In this document: in pieces, positions 1 to 18,000 of the stretch
Layout: each line of letters starts with the position of its first letter
Numbering within the stretch: position 1 is the stretch's first letter
Origin: Eledone cirrhosa
Lineage: Eukaryota
DNA: 64,000 bases
Reading direction: 5' to 3'
Assembly (NCBI GenBank): GCA_964016885.1
Contig: OZ024756.1
Span: 8,122,001-8,186,000, forward strand
Notes under the pieces: model-generated
Databases searched by the model: none
Told to the model about the DNA's origin: nothing
The model's input: the letters and a program-made list of their open reading frames with translations, nothing else
Program-made: the position numbers and the translations under genes

Positions 1-3000
1 TCTAATCTATAGTCTCACTAGATTAAACTATAGTCTTACTATATATATCTCACTCTCTACATTATCTAATCTATAGTCTTCCTATATCACACTCTGTATA
101 TAATCTAATCTATAGTCTTACTATCTATATCACACTCTCTACCTTATCTAATCTATAGTCTTAGTATATATATCTCAATCTCTACTTTATCTAATCTATA
201 GTCTTAATATATAACACCCTCTACATTATCTAATCTATAGTCTTACTATATCACACTCGGTACATTATTTAATCTATAGTTTTACCATATCACACTCTGT
301 ACATTATCTAATATATAGTCTTACTATATCACACTCGGTACATTATTTAATCTATGGTTTTACTATATCACACTCTGTACATTATCTACTCTATAGTCTT
401 ACTATATATCTCACACTCTCTACATTATCTAATCTATAGACTTACTATACATATCACACTCTCTAGCTTATCTAATCTATAGCCTTACTATATCTCACTC
501 TCTACATTATCTAATCCATAGTCTTAATATATCACACTCTCTACATTATCTAATCTATGGTCTTACTATATATAACGCTCTCTCTACATTATCTAATCTA
601 TAGTCTTACTATATATATCTCACTGTCTGCATTATCTAATCTATAGTCTTACTATATCACACTCTCTACATTATCTAATCTATAGTCTTACTATATATAT
701 CACACTCTCTACATTATCTAATCTATAGTCTTACTATATCACACTCTCTACTTTATATAATCTATAGTCTTACTATGTATATCTCACTCTCTACTTTATC
801 TAATCTATAGTCTTAATGTATCACACACTCTACATTATCTGATCTATAGTCTTACTATATATATCACACTCTATACATTATCTAATCTATGGTCTTACTA
901 TATATATCACACTGTCTACATTATCTAATCTATTGTCTTAGGATATATATCACACTCTATACATTATCTAATCTATAGTCTTACTATATCACACTTGGTA
1001 CATTATTTAATCTATAGTCTTACTATATCACACTCTATACATTATCTAATCTATATTCTTACTATATATATCACACTCCCTACATTATCTAATCTATAGC
1101 CTTAATATATATATCTCACTCTCTACATTATCTAATCTATGGTCTTACTATAAATGTCACACTCTCTACATTATGTAATCTATAGTCTCACTAGTTTAAA
1201 CTATAGACTTACTATATATATCTCACTCTCTACATTATCTAATCTATAGTCTTACTATATCACACTCTGTATATTATCTAATCTATAGTCTTACTATATC
1301 ACACTCTGTACATTATCTAATCTATAGTCTTACTATATATATCACACTCCCTACATTATCTAATCTATAGTCTTACTATATATATATCACACTCTCTACA
1401 TTATCTAATCTATAGTCTTAGTATATATATCACACTCTCTACCTTATCTAATCTATAGTCTTATTTATCACACTCTCTACATTATCTAATCTATAGTCTT
1501 ACTATATATATCATACTCTCAACATTATCTAATATATAGTCTTACTATATCACACTCTATACATTATTTAATCTATAGTCTTACTATATCAGACTCGCTA
1601 CATTATCTAATCTATAATCTTACTATATATATCACACTCTCTACATTATCTAATCTATAATCTAACAATATACATCCCACTTTCTACATTATCTAATCTA
1701 TAATCTTACTCTATATATCACACTCTGTACATTATCTAATCTAAAGTCTTACTATATATATCTCACTTTCTTCTTTATCTAATCTATAGTCTTAATATAT
1801 AACCCCCTCTACATTATCTAATCTATAGTCTTACTATATCACACTCTCTACATTATCTAATCCTTACTCTTACTATATATATATGACACTCTCTACATTA
1901 TCTAATGTATAGTATTACTATATCACACTCTCTACATTATCTAATCTATAGTCTTACTATATATATCACACTCTCTACATTATCTAATCTATAATCTTAC
2001 TATATATATTACACTCTCTACATTATCTAATTTATAGTCTTAATATATCATTCTCCCTACATTATCTAATATATAGACTTACTATATATATCACACTCTC
2101 TACCTTATCTAATCTATAGTCTTAGTATATCACACTCTATACGTTATCTAATCTATAGTCTTTCTATATCATACTCTCTACATTATGTAAACTATAGACT
2201 TACTATATATATCACACTCTCTACATTATCTAATCTATAGTCTTACTATACATATCACACTCTCTAGCTTATCTAAACTATAGCCTTACTATATCTCACT
2301 CTCTACATTACCTAACCTATAGTCTTAATATATCACACTCTCTACATTATCTAATCTATGGTCTTACTATATATATCACTCTCTCTACATTATCTAATCT
2401 ATAGTCTTACTATATCTCACTCACAACCTTATTTAATCTATAGTCTTACTACATCACACTCTATACATTATCTAATCTATACTCTTTCTATATCATACTC
2501 TCTACATTATCTATTCTATAGACTTACTATATATATCACACTCTCTACATTATCTAATCTATAGTCTTACTATACATATCACACTCTCTAGCTTATCTAA
2601 TCTATAGTCTTACTATATATATCACTCTCTCTACATTATCTAATCTATAGTCTTACTATATCACATTCTCTACTTTATATAATCTATAGTCATACTATAT
2701 ATATCACACTCTGTACATTATCTAATCTATAGTCTTACTATATATATCTCACTCTCTACTTTATCTAAACTATAGTCTAAATATATCACACTCTCTACAT
2801 TATCTAATCTATGGTCTTACTATAAATGTCTCACTCTCTACATTATCTAATCTATAGTCTCACTAGATTAAACTATAGTCTTACTATATATATCTCACTC
2901 TCTACATTATCTAATCTATAGTCTTCCTATATCACACTCTGTATATTATCTAATCTATAGTCTTACTATATATATCACACTCTCTACCTTATCTAATCTA

Positions 3001-6000
3001 TAGTCTTACTATATCACACTCTGTACATTATCTAATCTATAGTCTTACTATATCACACTCGCTACATTATCTAATCTATAATCTTACTATATATATCACA
3101 CTCTCTACCTTATCTAATCTATAGTCTTACTATATCATTCTCCCTACATTATCTAATCTTTAGTCTAAACTATATATATCACACTCTCTACATTATCTAA
3201 TCTATAATCTTACTATCTATATCTCACTCTATACATTATCTAATCAATAGGCTTATTTATATATCTCACTGTCTACAATATCTAATCTATAGTCTTAGTA
3301 TATATATCTCAATCTCTACTTTATCTAATCTATAGGCTTAATATATAACACCCTCTACATTATCTAATCTATAGTCTTACTATATCACACTCGGTACATT
3401 ATTTAATCTATAGTTTTACCATATCACACTCTGTACATTATCTAAGATATAGTCTTACTATATCACACTCGGTACATTATTTAATCTATGGTTTTACTAT
3501 ATCACACTCTGTACATTATGTAATCTATAGTCTTACTATATATCTCACACCCTCTACATTATCTAATCTATAGACTTACTATATATATCACACTCTCTAC
3601 CTTATCTAATCTATAGTCTTAGTATATCACACTCTATACATTATCTAATCTATAGTCTTTCTATATCATACTCTCTACATTATCTAATCTATAGTCTTAC
3701 TATACATATCACACTCTCTAGCTTATCTAATCTATATCCTTACTATATCTTACTCTCTACATTATCTAATCCATAGTCTTAATATATCACACTCTCTACG
3801 TTATCTAATCTATGGTCTTACTATATATAACGCTCTCTCTACATTATCTAATCTATAGTCTTACTATATATATCTCACTGTCTGCATTATCTAATCTATA
3901 GTCTTACTATATCACACTCTCTACATTATCTAATCTATAGTCTTACTATATATATCTCACTCTCGACATTATCTAATCTATAGTCTTACTATATCACACT
4001 CTCTACTTTATATAATCTATAGTCTTACTATGTATATCTCACTCTCTACTTTATCTAATCTATAGTCTTAATGTATCACACACTCTACATTATCTGATCT
4101 ATAGTCTTACTATATATATCACACTCTATACATTATCTAATCTATGGTCTTACTATATATATCACACTGTCTACATTATCTAATCTATTGTCTTAGGATA
4201 TATATCACACTCTATACATTATCTAATCTATAGTCTTACTATATCACACTTGGTACATTATTTAATCTATAGTCTTACTATATCACACTCTATACATTAT
4301 CTAATCTATATTCTTACTATATATTTCACACTCCCTACATTATCTAATCTATAGTCTTAATATATATATCTCACTCTCTACATTATCTAATCTATGGTCT
4401 TACTATAAATGTCACACTCTCTACATTATGTAATCTATAGTCTCACTAGATTAAACTATAGACTTACTATATATATCTCACTCTCTACATTATGTAATCT
4501 ATAGTCTTCCTATATCACACTCTGTATATTATCTAATCTATAGTCTTACTATATATATATCACACTCTCTACATTATCTAATCTATAGTCTTACTATATC
4601 ACACTCTGTACATTATCTAATCTATAGTCTTACTATATATATCACACTCCCTACATTATCTAATCTATAGTCTTACTATATATATATCACACTCTCTACA
4701 TTATCTAATCTATAGTCTTAGTATATATATCACACTCTCTACCTTATCTAATCTATAGACTTACTATATCACACTCTCTACATTATCTAATCTATAGTCT
4801 TACTATATATATCACACTCTCAACATTATCTAATATATAGTCTTACTATATCACACTCTATACATTATTTAATCTATAGTCTTACTATATCAGACTCGCT
4901 ACATTATCTAATCTATAATCTTACTATATATATCACACTCTCTACATTATCTAATCTATAATCTAACTATATACATCCAACTCTCTACATTATCTAATCT
5001 ATAATCTTACTCTATATATCACACTCTGTACATTATCTAATCTAAAGTCTTACTATATATATCTCACTTTCTTCTTTATCTAATCTATAGTCTTAATATA
5101 TAACACCCTCTACATTATCTAATCTATAGTCTTACTATATCACACTCTCTACATTATCTAATCTTTACTCTTACTATATATATATGACACTTTCTACATT
5201 ATCTAATATATAGTATTACTATATCACACTCTCTACATTATCTAATCTATAGTCTTACTATATATATCACACTCTCTACATTATCTAATCTATAATCTTA
5301 CTATATATATTACACTCTCTACATTATCTAATTTATAGTCTTAATATATCATTCTCCCTACATTATATAATCTATAGACTTACTATATATATCACACTCT
5401 CTACCTTATCTAATTTATAGTCTTAGTATATCACACTCTATACATTATCTAATCTATAGTCTTCTATACCATACTCTCTACATTATCTAATCTATAGACT
5501 TACTATATATATCACACTCTCTACATTATCTAATCTATAGTCTTACTATACATATCACACTCTCTAGTTTATCTAATCTATAGCCTTACTATATCTCACT
5601 CTCTACATTATCTAATCTATAGTCTTAATATATCACACTCTATACATTATCTAATCTATGGTCTTACTATATATATCACTCTCTCTACATTATCTAATCT
5701 TTAGTCTTACTATATATATCTCACTCTCTACCTTATCTAATCTATACTCTTACTATATCACATTCTCTACTTTATATAATCTATAGTCATACTATATATA
5801 TCACACTCTGTACATTATCTAATCTATAGTCTTACTATATATATCTAACTCTCTACTTTATCTAATCTATTGTCTAAATATATCACACTCTCTATACTAT
5901 GTAATCTATAGTCTTACTATATATATTTCACTCTCTACATTATTTAATCTATAGTCTTGCTATACCACACTCGGTACATTATTTAATCTATAGTTTTACT

Positions 6001-9000
6001 ATATCACACTCTGTACATTATCTAATATATATTCTTACTATATATATCACACTCTCTACATTATCTAATCTATAGTCTTACTATATCATTCTCCCTACGT
6101 TATCTAATCTTTTGTCTTGCTATATATATCACACTCTCTACACTATCTAATCTATAGTCTTACTATCTATATCTCACTCTCTACATTATCTAATCTATAG
6201 TCTTGCTATATATATCTCACTGTCTGCATTATCTAATCTATAGTCTCACTATATCACACTCTCTACAAAATCTAATCTATAGTCTTACTATATATATCAC
6301 GCTCTCTACATTATCTAATCTATAGTCTTACTATATATATCTCACTCTCTAACTTATCTAATCTATAGTCTTACTATATCACACTCTATACCTTTTCTAC
6401 TCTATACTCTTACTATATCACACTCTCTACATTATCTAATCTATAGTATTACTATATATATCACGCTCTCTACATTATCTAATCTATAGTCTTACTATAT
6501 ATATCTCACTCTCTAACTTATCTAATCTATGGTCTTACTATATCACACTCTCTACATTATCTAATCTATAGTCTTACTATCTATATCTCACTCTATACAT
6601 TATCTAATCTATAGTCTTACTATATCACACTCTCAACCTTATCTAATATATAGTCTTACTATATAATTATCCCTACATTATCTAATCTTTAGTTTTACTA
6701 TATATATCACACTCTCTACATTATCTAATCTATAGTCTTACTATCTATATCTCACTCTCTACATTATCTAATCTATAGTCCTACTATATATATCACACTC
6801 TCTACATTATCTAATATATAATCTTACTATATATGTCACACTCTCCACATTATCTAATCTATAGTCTTACTATATATATATATCACTCTCTACATTATCT
6901 AATCTATAGTCTTACTATATCTAACTCTCTACATTATCTAATCTTTAGTCTTACTATATCTCACTCTCTACATTATGTAATCTATAGTCTTACTATATCA
7001 CACACTCTACATTATCTAATATATAGTCTTACTATATATATATATATCACTCTCTACATTATCTCATCTATAGTCTTACTATATCTCACTCTGTAAATTA
7101 TCTAATCTATACTCTTACTATATCTCACTCCCTACATTATCTAATCTATAGTCTAACTGTATCACACTCTCTACATTATCTAATCCATACTCTTATTATA
7201 TCTCATTCTCTACATTATCTAATCTATAGTCTTATTATATATATCTCACTCTCTACCTTATCTAATCTATAGTCTGACTATATCACACTCTCTACATTAT
7301 CTAATCTATAGTCTTTCTATATATATCACACTCTCTACATTATCTAATCTATAGTCTTACTATCTATATCTCACTCTATACATTATCTAATCTATAGTCT
7401 TACTATATCACACTCTCCACCTTATCTAATATATAGTCTTACTATATCATTCTCCCTACATTAGCTAATCTTTAGTCTTACTATATATATCACACTCTCT
7501 ACATTATCTAATCTATAGTCTTACTATCTATATCTCACTCTCTACATTATCTAATCTTTAGTCTTACTATATATATCACACACTCTACATTATCTAATAT
7601 ATAATCTTAATATATATATCACACTCTCCACATTATCTAATCTAGAGTCTTACTATATATATATATCACTCTCTACATTATCTAATCTATAGTCTTACTA
7701 TATCTAACTCTCTACATTATCTAATCTTTAGTCTTACTATATCTCACTCTCTACATTATCTAATCTATAGTCTAACTATATCACACTCACTACAATATCT
7801 AATCTATAGTCTTACTATATCACACACTCTACATTATCTAATATATAGTCTTACTATATCTCACTCTGTACATTATCTAATCTATACTCTTATTTTATAT
7901 CACTCTCTACATTATCTAATCTATAGTCTTATTATATATATCTCACTCTCTACATTATCTAATATATAGTGTTACTATATCACACTCCCTACATTATCTA
8001 ATCTATAGTCTTACTATATATATCTCACTCTCTACATTATCTAATCTATAGCCTTACTATATATATCTGACTGTCTACATTATCTAATCTATAGTCTTAC
8101 TATATCACATTTTGTACATTATCTAATTTATAGTCTTACTATATATATCACACTCTCTACCTTATCTAATCTATAGTCTTACTATATCACACTCTGTACA
8201 TTATCTAATCTATAGTCTTACTACATATATCACACTCCCTACATTATCTAATCTATAGTCTTACTATATATATCACACTCTCTACATTATCTAATCTATA
8301 GTCTTACTATATATATCACTCTCTCTACCTTATCTAATCTATAGTCTGACTATATCACACTCTCTACATTATCTAATCTATAGTCTTACTATATATATCA
8401 CACTCTCAACATTATCTAATATATAGTCTCTCTATATCACACTCTATACATTATCTAATCTATAGTCTTACTATATCAGACTCTCTACATTATCTAATCT
8501 ATAATCTTACTATATCTCACTTACCTACATTATCTAATCTATAATCTTACTATATCACACTCTCCACTTTATCTAATCTATAGTCTTACTATATCATTCT
8601 CCCTACATTATCTAATCTTTAGTCTTACTATATATATCACACTCTCTACATTATCTAATCTATAGTCTTACTATCTATATCTCACGCTCTACATTATCTA
8701 ATCTATAGTATTACTATATCACACTCTCTACATTATCTAATCTATAGTCTTACTATATATATCACACACTCTACATTATCTAATATATAATCTTACTATA
8801 TATATCACACTCTCCACATTATCTAATCTATAATCTTACTATATATATATATCACTCTCTACATTATCTAATCTATAGTCTTACTATATCTAACTCTCTA
8901 CATTATCTAATCTTTAGTCTTACTATATCACACTCTCTACATTATCTTATCTATAGTCTTACTATATCACACACTCTACGTTATCTAATATATAGTCTTA

Positions 9001-12000
9001 CTATATCTCACTCTGTACATTATCTAATCTATACTTTTACTATATCTCACTCCCTACATTTTCTAATCTATAGTCTAACTATATCACACTCTCTACATTA
9101 TCTAATCCATTCTCTTATTATATCTCACTCTCTACGTTATCTAATCTATAGTCTTATTATATATATCTCACTCTCTACATTATCTAATAGATAGTGTTAC
9201 TATATCACACTCTCTACATTATCTAATCTATAGTCTTACTATATATATCACACTCTCTACCTTATCTAATCTATAGTCTGACTATATCACACTCTCTACA
9301 TTATCTAATCTATAGTCTTTCTATATATATCACACTCTCTACATTATCTAATCTATAGTCTTACTATCTATATCTCACTCTCTACATTATCTAATCTATA
9401 GTCTTACTATATATATCACACACTCTACATTATCTAATATATAATCTTACTATATATATCACACTCTCCACATTATCTAATCTAGAGTCTTACTATATAT
9501 ATATATCACTCTCTACATTATCTAATCTATAGTCTTACTATATCTCACTCTCTACATTATCTAATCTTTAGTCTTACTATATCTCACTCTCTACATTATC
9601 TAATCTATAGTCTAACTATATCACACTCTCTACAATATCTAATCTATAGTCTTACTATATCACACACTCTACATTATCTAATATATAGTCTTACTATATC
9701 TCAGTCTGTACGTTATCTAATCTATACCCTTATTATATCTCACTCTCTACATTATCTAATCTATAGTCTTATTATATATATCTCACTCTCTACATTATCT
9801 AATATATAGTGTTACTATATCACACTCTCTACATTATCTAATCTATAGTCTTAGTATATATATCACACTCTCTACCTTATCTAATCTATAGTCTGACTAT
9901 ATCACACTCTCTACATTATCTAATCTATAATTTTACTATATCTCACTTACCTACATTATCTAATCTATAGTATTACTATATCACACTCTCCACCTTATCT
10001 AATCTATAGTCTTACTATATCATTCTTCCTACATTATCTAATCTTTAGTCTTACTATATATATCATACTCTCTACATTATCTAATCTATAGTCTTACTAT
10101 CTATATCTCACTCTCTACATTATCTAATCTATAGTATTAATATATCACACTCCCTACATTATCTAATCTTTAGTCTTACTATATATATCACACTCTCTAC
10201 ATTATGTAATATATAGTATTACTATATCCCACTCTCTACATTATCTAATCTATTGTCTTACTATATATATCACACTCTGTACATTATCTAATCAATAGTC
10301 TTACTATATATATCTCACTCACTACTTTATCTAATCTATAGTCTTAATATATAACACTCTCTACATTATCTAATCTATAGTCTTACTATATATATCACAC
10401 TCTCTACATGATCTAATATATAGTCTCACTATATCACACTCTATACATTATCTAATCTATATTCTTACTATATCAGATTCTACATTATCTAATCTAAATT
10501 CTTAATATATCATTCTCCCTACATTATCTAATCTTTAGTCTTACTATACATATCACACTCTCTACATTATCTAATATATAGTCTTACTATCTATATCTCA
10601 CTCTATATATTATCTAATCTATAGTCTTACCATATCTCACTCTCTACATTATCTAATCTCTAGTCTTATTATATCACACTCTCTAAATTATCTAATCTAT
10701 AGTCTTACTATATATATATATCTCACTCTCTACATTATCTAATCTATAGTCTTACTATATCTCACTCTGTACATTATCTAATCTATACTCTTACTATATC
10801 TCACTCTGTACATTATCTAATCTATACTCTTACTATATTTCACTCTCTATATTATCTAATCTATAGTCTAACTATATCACACTCTCTACATTATCTAATC
10901 TATAGTCTTACTATATCTCACTCTGTACATTATCTAATCTATACTCTTATTATATCTCACTCTCTACATTATCTAATCTATAGTCTTATTATATATATCT
11001 CACTCTCTACATAATCTAATATATAGTGTTACTATATCACACTCTCTACATTATCTAATCTATAGTCTTACTATATATATCACACTCCTTACATTATCTA
11101 ATCTATAGTCTTACTATATATATCTCACTCTCTACATTATCTAATCTATAGTCTTACTATATATATCTCACTGTCTACATCATCTAATCTATAGTCTTAC
11201 TATATCACACTTTGTACATTATCTAATTTATAGTCATACTATATTTATCACACTCTCTACCTTATCTAATCTATAGTCTTACTATATCACACTCTGTACA
11301 TTATCCAATCTATAGTCTTACTACATATATCACACTCCCTACATTATCTAATCTATAGTCTTACTATATATATCACACTCTCTACATTATCTAATCTATA
11401 GTCTTACTATATATATCACACTCTTTACCTTATCTAATCTATAGTCTGACTATATCACACTCTCTACATTGTCTAATCTGTAGTCTTACCATATATATCA
11501 CACTCTCAACATTATCTAATATATAGTCTCACTATATCACACTCTATACATTATCTAATCTATATTCTTACTATATCAGACTCTCTACATTATCTAATCT
11601 ATAGTCTTAATATATCATTCTCCCTACATTATCTATTCTTTAGTCTTACTATATATATCACACTCTCTACATTATCTAATATATAGTCTTACTATCTATA
11701 TCTCACTCTCTACATTATCTAATCTATAGTCTTACCATATCTCACTCTCTACATTATCTAATCTCTAGTCTTACTATATCACACTCTCTACATTATCTAA
11801 TCTATAGTCTTACTATATATATATATATATCTCACTCTCTACATTATCTAATCTATAGTCTTACTATATCTCACTCTCTACATTATCTAATCTATAGTCT
11901 TACTATATCACACTCTCTACATTATCTAATCTATAGTCTTACTATATCACACTCTCTACATTATCTAATCTATAGTCTTACTATATCGCACTCTCTACAT

Positions 12001-15000
12001 TATCTAATCTATAGTCATACTATATCACACTCTGTACATTATCTAATCTATAGACTTACTATATCACACTCTCTACATTATCTAATCTATAGTCTTACCA
12101 TATATATCATACTCTCAACATTATCTAATATATAGTCTCACTATATCACACTCTATACATTATCTAATCTATAGTCTTACTATATCAGACTCTCTACATT
12201 ATCTAATCTATAATCTTACTATATCTCACTTACCTACATTATCTAATCTATAGTCTTACTATATCACACTCTCCGCCTTATCTAATCTATTGTCTTACTA
12301 TATCACACTCCCTACATTATCTAATCTTTAGTCTTACTATATATATCACACTCTCTACATTATCTAATCTATAGTCTTACTATCTATATCTCACTCTCTA
12401 CATTATCTAATCTATAGTATTACTATATCACACTCTCTACATTATCTAATCTATAGTCTTACTATATCACACTCCCTACATTATCTAATCTTTAGTCTTA
12501 CTATATATATATCACACTCTCTACATTATGTAATATATAGTATTACTATATCCCACTCTCTACATTATCTAATCTATAGTCTTACTATATATATCACACT
12601 CTCTACATTATCTAATCTATAGTCTTACTATATATATCACACTCTGTACATTATCTAATCTATAGTCTTACTATATCCTACGATCTACATTATCTAATCT
12701 ATGTTCTTACTATATATATCACACTCACTACATTATCTAATCTACAGTCTTACTATATCACACTCTATACATTATCTAATCTATAGTCTTACTATTTCAG
12801 ACTCTCTACATTATCTATTCTATAGTCTTACTATATCAGACTCTCTACATTATCTAATCTATAGTCTTACTCTATCAGACTCTCTACATTATCTAATTTA
12901 TAGTCTTACTATATATATCTCACTCTCTACATTATCTAATCTATAGTCTTACTCTATATATCACACTCTCTACATTATCTGATATATATCACACTCTCCA
13001 CATTATCTAATCTATAGTCTTACTATATATATATATCACTCTCTACATTATCTAATCTATCGTCTTACTATATCTCACTCTCTACATTATCTAATCTATA
13101 GTCTTACTATATCTCACTCTCTACATTATCTAATCTATTGTCTAACTATATCACACTCTCTACATTATCTAATCTATAGTCTTACTATATCTCACTCTCT
13201 ACATTATCTAATCTATAGTCTAACTATATCACACAGTCTACATTATCTAATATATTGTCTTACTATATCTCACTCTGTACATTATCTAATATATACTCTT
13301 ACTATATCTCACTCTCTACATTATCTAATCTATAGTCTGACTATGTCACACTCTCTACATTATCTAATTTATAGTCTTACTATATCATACTTTCTATATT
13401 ATCTAATATATAGTCTTACTATATCTCACTCTCTACATTATCTAATCTATAGTCTTACTATATAACACTCTCTACATTATCTAATCTATAGTGTTAATAT
13501 ATATATCACACTATCTACATTATCTAATCTATAGTCTTACTAAAGATATCACCCTCTCTACAGTATCTAATCTATAGTCTTACTATATGTCACTCTCTAC
13601 ATTATCTAATCTATAGTATAACTATAGATCACTCTCTGCATTATCTAATATATAGTCTTAATATTTATATCAGACTCTCTACATTATCTAATCTAGAGTC
13701 TTACTATATATATCACACTCTCTACAGTAGCTAAACTAGAGTTTACTATATCTCACTCTCTACATTATCTAATCTATAGTCTTACTATATCACACTCACT
13801 ACATTATCTAATCTATAGTTTTACAATATATATCACACTCTCTACATTATATAATATATAGTCTTACCATATCACACTCTCTACATTATCTAATCTATAG
13901 TCTTATTATATCACACTCTCTACATTATCTAATCTATACTCTTGCTATATTTCTCTCACGCTCTACATTATTTAATCTATAGTCTTACCATATCTCACTC
14001 TCTACATTGTCTAATATATAGTCTTACTATATATATCACACTCTCTACATTATCTAATCTATAGTCTAACTATATCACACTCTCTACATTATCTAATCTA
14101 TAGTCTTACTATATCTCACTCTGTACATTATCTAATACATAGTCTTACTATATCACACACTCTACATTATCTAATCTATAGTCTTACTATATCGCACTCT
14201 CTACATTATCTACTCTACAGTCATACTATATCACACTCTGCACATTATCTAATCTATAGACTTACTATATCACACTCTCTACATTATCTAATCTATGGTC
14301 TTACTATATCACACTCTCTACATTATCTAATCTATAGTCTTACTATATCACACTCTCTACATTATCTAATGTATAGTCTTACTACATATATCTCACTCTC
14401 TACATTATCTAATCTATAGTCTTACTCTATATATCACACTCTCTACATTATCTAATATATAATCTTACTATATATATCACACTCTCCACATTATCTAATC
14501 TATAGTCTTACTATATATATCACACTCTGTACATTATCTAATCTATAGTCTTACTATATCACACACTCTACATTATCTAATCTATGGTCTTACTATATAT
14601 ATCACACTCAATACCTTTTCTAATCTACAGTCTTACTATATCACACTCTATACATTATCTAATCTATAGTCTTACTATATCAGACTCTCTACATTATCTA
14701 ATCTATAGTCTTACTATATCAGACTCTCTACATTATCTAATCTATAGTCTGACTCTATCAGACTCTCTACATTATCTAATTTATAGTCTTACTATATCAC
14801 ACTCTCTACATTATCTAATCTATAGTCTTACTATATCAGACTCTGTACATTATCTAATGTATAGTCTTACTACAAATATCTCACTCTCTACATTATCTAA
14901 TCTATAGTCTTACTCTATATATCACACTCTCTACATTATCTAATAAATAATCTTACTATATATATCTCACTCTCTACTTTATCTAATCTATAGTCTTAAT

Positions 15001-18000
15001 ATATATATCACTCTCTACATTATCTAATCTATAGTCTTACTATATATATCACACTCTCTACATGATCTAATATATAGTCTTACTATATCACACTCTCTAC
15101 ATTATCTAATCTATAGTCTTAATATATCATTCTCCCTACATTATCTAATCTTTAGTCTTACTATATATATCACACTCTCTACATTATCTAATATATAGTC
15201 TTACTATCTATATCTCACTCTCTACATTATCTAATCTATAGTCTTACCATATCTCACTTTCTACATTATCTAATCTATAGTCTTACCATATCACACTCTC
15301 TATATTATCTAATCTATAGTCTTACTATATCTCACTCTCTACATTATCTAATCTCTAGTCTTACTATATCACACTCTCTACATTATCTAATCTATAGTCT
15401 TACTATATATATATATCTCACACTCTACATTATCTAATCTATAGTCTCACTATATCTCACTCTCTACATTATCTAATCTATAGTCTTACTATATATATCT
15501 CACTCTTTACATTATCTAATCTATAGTCTTACTATATCATACTCTCTACATTATCTAATCTATAGTCTCACTAGATTAATCTATAATCTTACTATATATA
15601 TCTCACTCTCTACATTATCTAACCTATAGTCTTACTATATCACACTCTGTATATTATCTAATCTATAGTCTTACTATATCACACACTCTACATTATCTAA
15701 TCTCTAGTCTTACTATATCACACTCTCTACATTATCTAATCTATAGTCTTACTATATCGCACTCTCTACATTATCTAATCTATGTTCTTACTATATATAT
15801 CACACTCACTACATTATCTAATCTACAGTCTTACTATATCACACTCTATACATTATCTAATCTATAGTCTTACTCTATATATCACACTCTCTACATTATC
15901 TAATATATAAACTTACTATATATATCACACTCTCCACATTATCTAATCTATAGTCTTACTATATATATATATCACTCTCTACATTATCTAATCTATCGTC
16001 TTACTATATCTCACTCTCTACATTATCTAATCTATAGTCTTACTATATCTCACTCTCTACATTATCTAATCTATTGTCTAACTATATCACACTCTCTACA
16101 TTATCTAATCTATAGTCTTACTATATCACACAGTCTACATTATCTAATATATTGTCTTACTATATCTCACTCTGTACATTATCTAATATATACTCTTACT
16201 ATATCTCACTCTCTACATTATCTAATCTATAGTCTGACTATGTCACACTCTCTACATTATCTAATGTATAGTCTTACTATATCACACTCTCTACATTATC
16301 TAATCTATAGTCTTACTATATCTCACTCTGTACATTATCTAATCTATACTCTACTATATCTCACTCTCTACATTATCTAATCTATAGTCTAACTATATCA
16401 CACTCTCTACATTATCTAATCTATAGTCTTACTATATCTCACTCTGTACATTATCTAATACATAGTCTTACTATATCACACTCTCTACATTATCTAATCT
16501 ATGGTCTTACTATATCACACTCTCTACATTATCTAATCTATAGTCTTACTATATCACACTCTACATTATCTAATGTATAGTCTTACTACATATATCTCAT
16601 TCTCTACATTATCTAATCTATAGTCTTACTCTATATATCACACTTTCTACATTATCTAATATATAATCTTACTATATATATCACACTCTCCACATCATCT
16701 AATCTATAGTCTTACTATATATATCACACTCTGTACATTATCTAATCTATAGTCTTACTATATGACACACTCTACATTATCTAATCTATGGTCTTACTAT
16801 ATATATCACACTCACTACCTTATCTAATCTACAGTCTTACTATATCACACTCTATACATTATCTAATCTATAGTCTTACTATATCAGACTCTCTACATTA
16901 TCTAATCTATAGTCTTACTATATCAGACTCTCTACATTATCTAATCTATAGTCTTACTCTATCAGACTCTCTACATTATCTAATTTATAGTCTTACTATA
17001 TCACACTCTCTACATTATCTAATCTATAGTCTTACTATATCAGACTCTCTACATTATCTAATGTATAGTCTTAATACAAATATCTCACTCTCTACATTAT
17101 CTAATCTATAGTCTAACTCTATATATCACACTCTCTACATTATCTAATATATAATCTTACTATATATATCACACTCTCCACATTATCTAATCTATAGTCT
17201 TACTATATATATATATCACTCTCTACATTATCTAATCTATAGTCTTACTATATCACACTCTCTACATTATCTAATCTATAGTCTTACTATATCACACAGT
17301 CTACATTATCTAATATATTGTCTTACTATATCTCACTCTGTACATTATCTAATATATACTCTTACTATATCTCACTCTCTACATTATCTAATCTATAGTC
17401 TGACTATGTCACACTCTCTACATTATCTAATGTATAGTCTTACTATATCACACACTCTACATTATCTAATCTATAGTCTTACTATATCTCACTCTGTACA
17501 TTATCTAATCTATACTCTTACTATATATCACTCTCTACATTATCTAATCTATAGTCTTACCATATCTCACTCTGTACATTATCTAATACATAGTCTTACT
17601 ATATCACACATTCTACATTATCTAATCTATAGTCTTACTATATCTCACTCTCTACATTATCTAATCTATAGTCTTACTATATATATCTCACTGTCTACAT
17701 CATCTAATCTATAGTCTTACTATATCACACTTTGTACATTATCTAATTTATAGTCTTACTATATATATCACACTCTCTACCTTATCTAATCTATAGTCTT
17801 ACTATATCACACTCTGTACATTATCTAATCTATAGTTTTACTACATATATCACACTCCCTACATTATCTAATCTATAGTCTTACTATATATATCACACTC
17901 TCTACATTATCTAATCTATAGTCTTACTATATATATCACACTCTCTACCTTATCTAATCTATAGTCTGACTATATCACACTCTCTACATTATCTAATCTA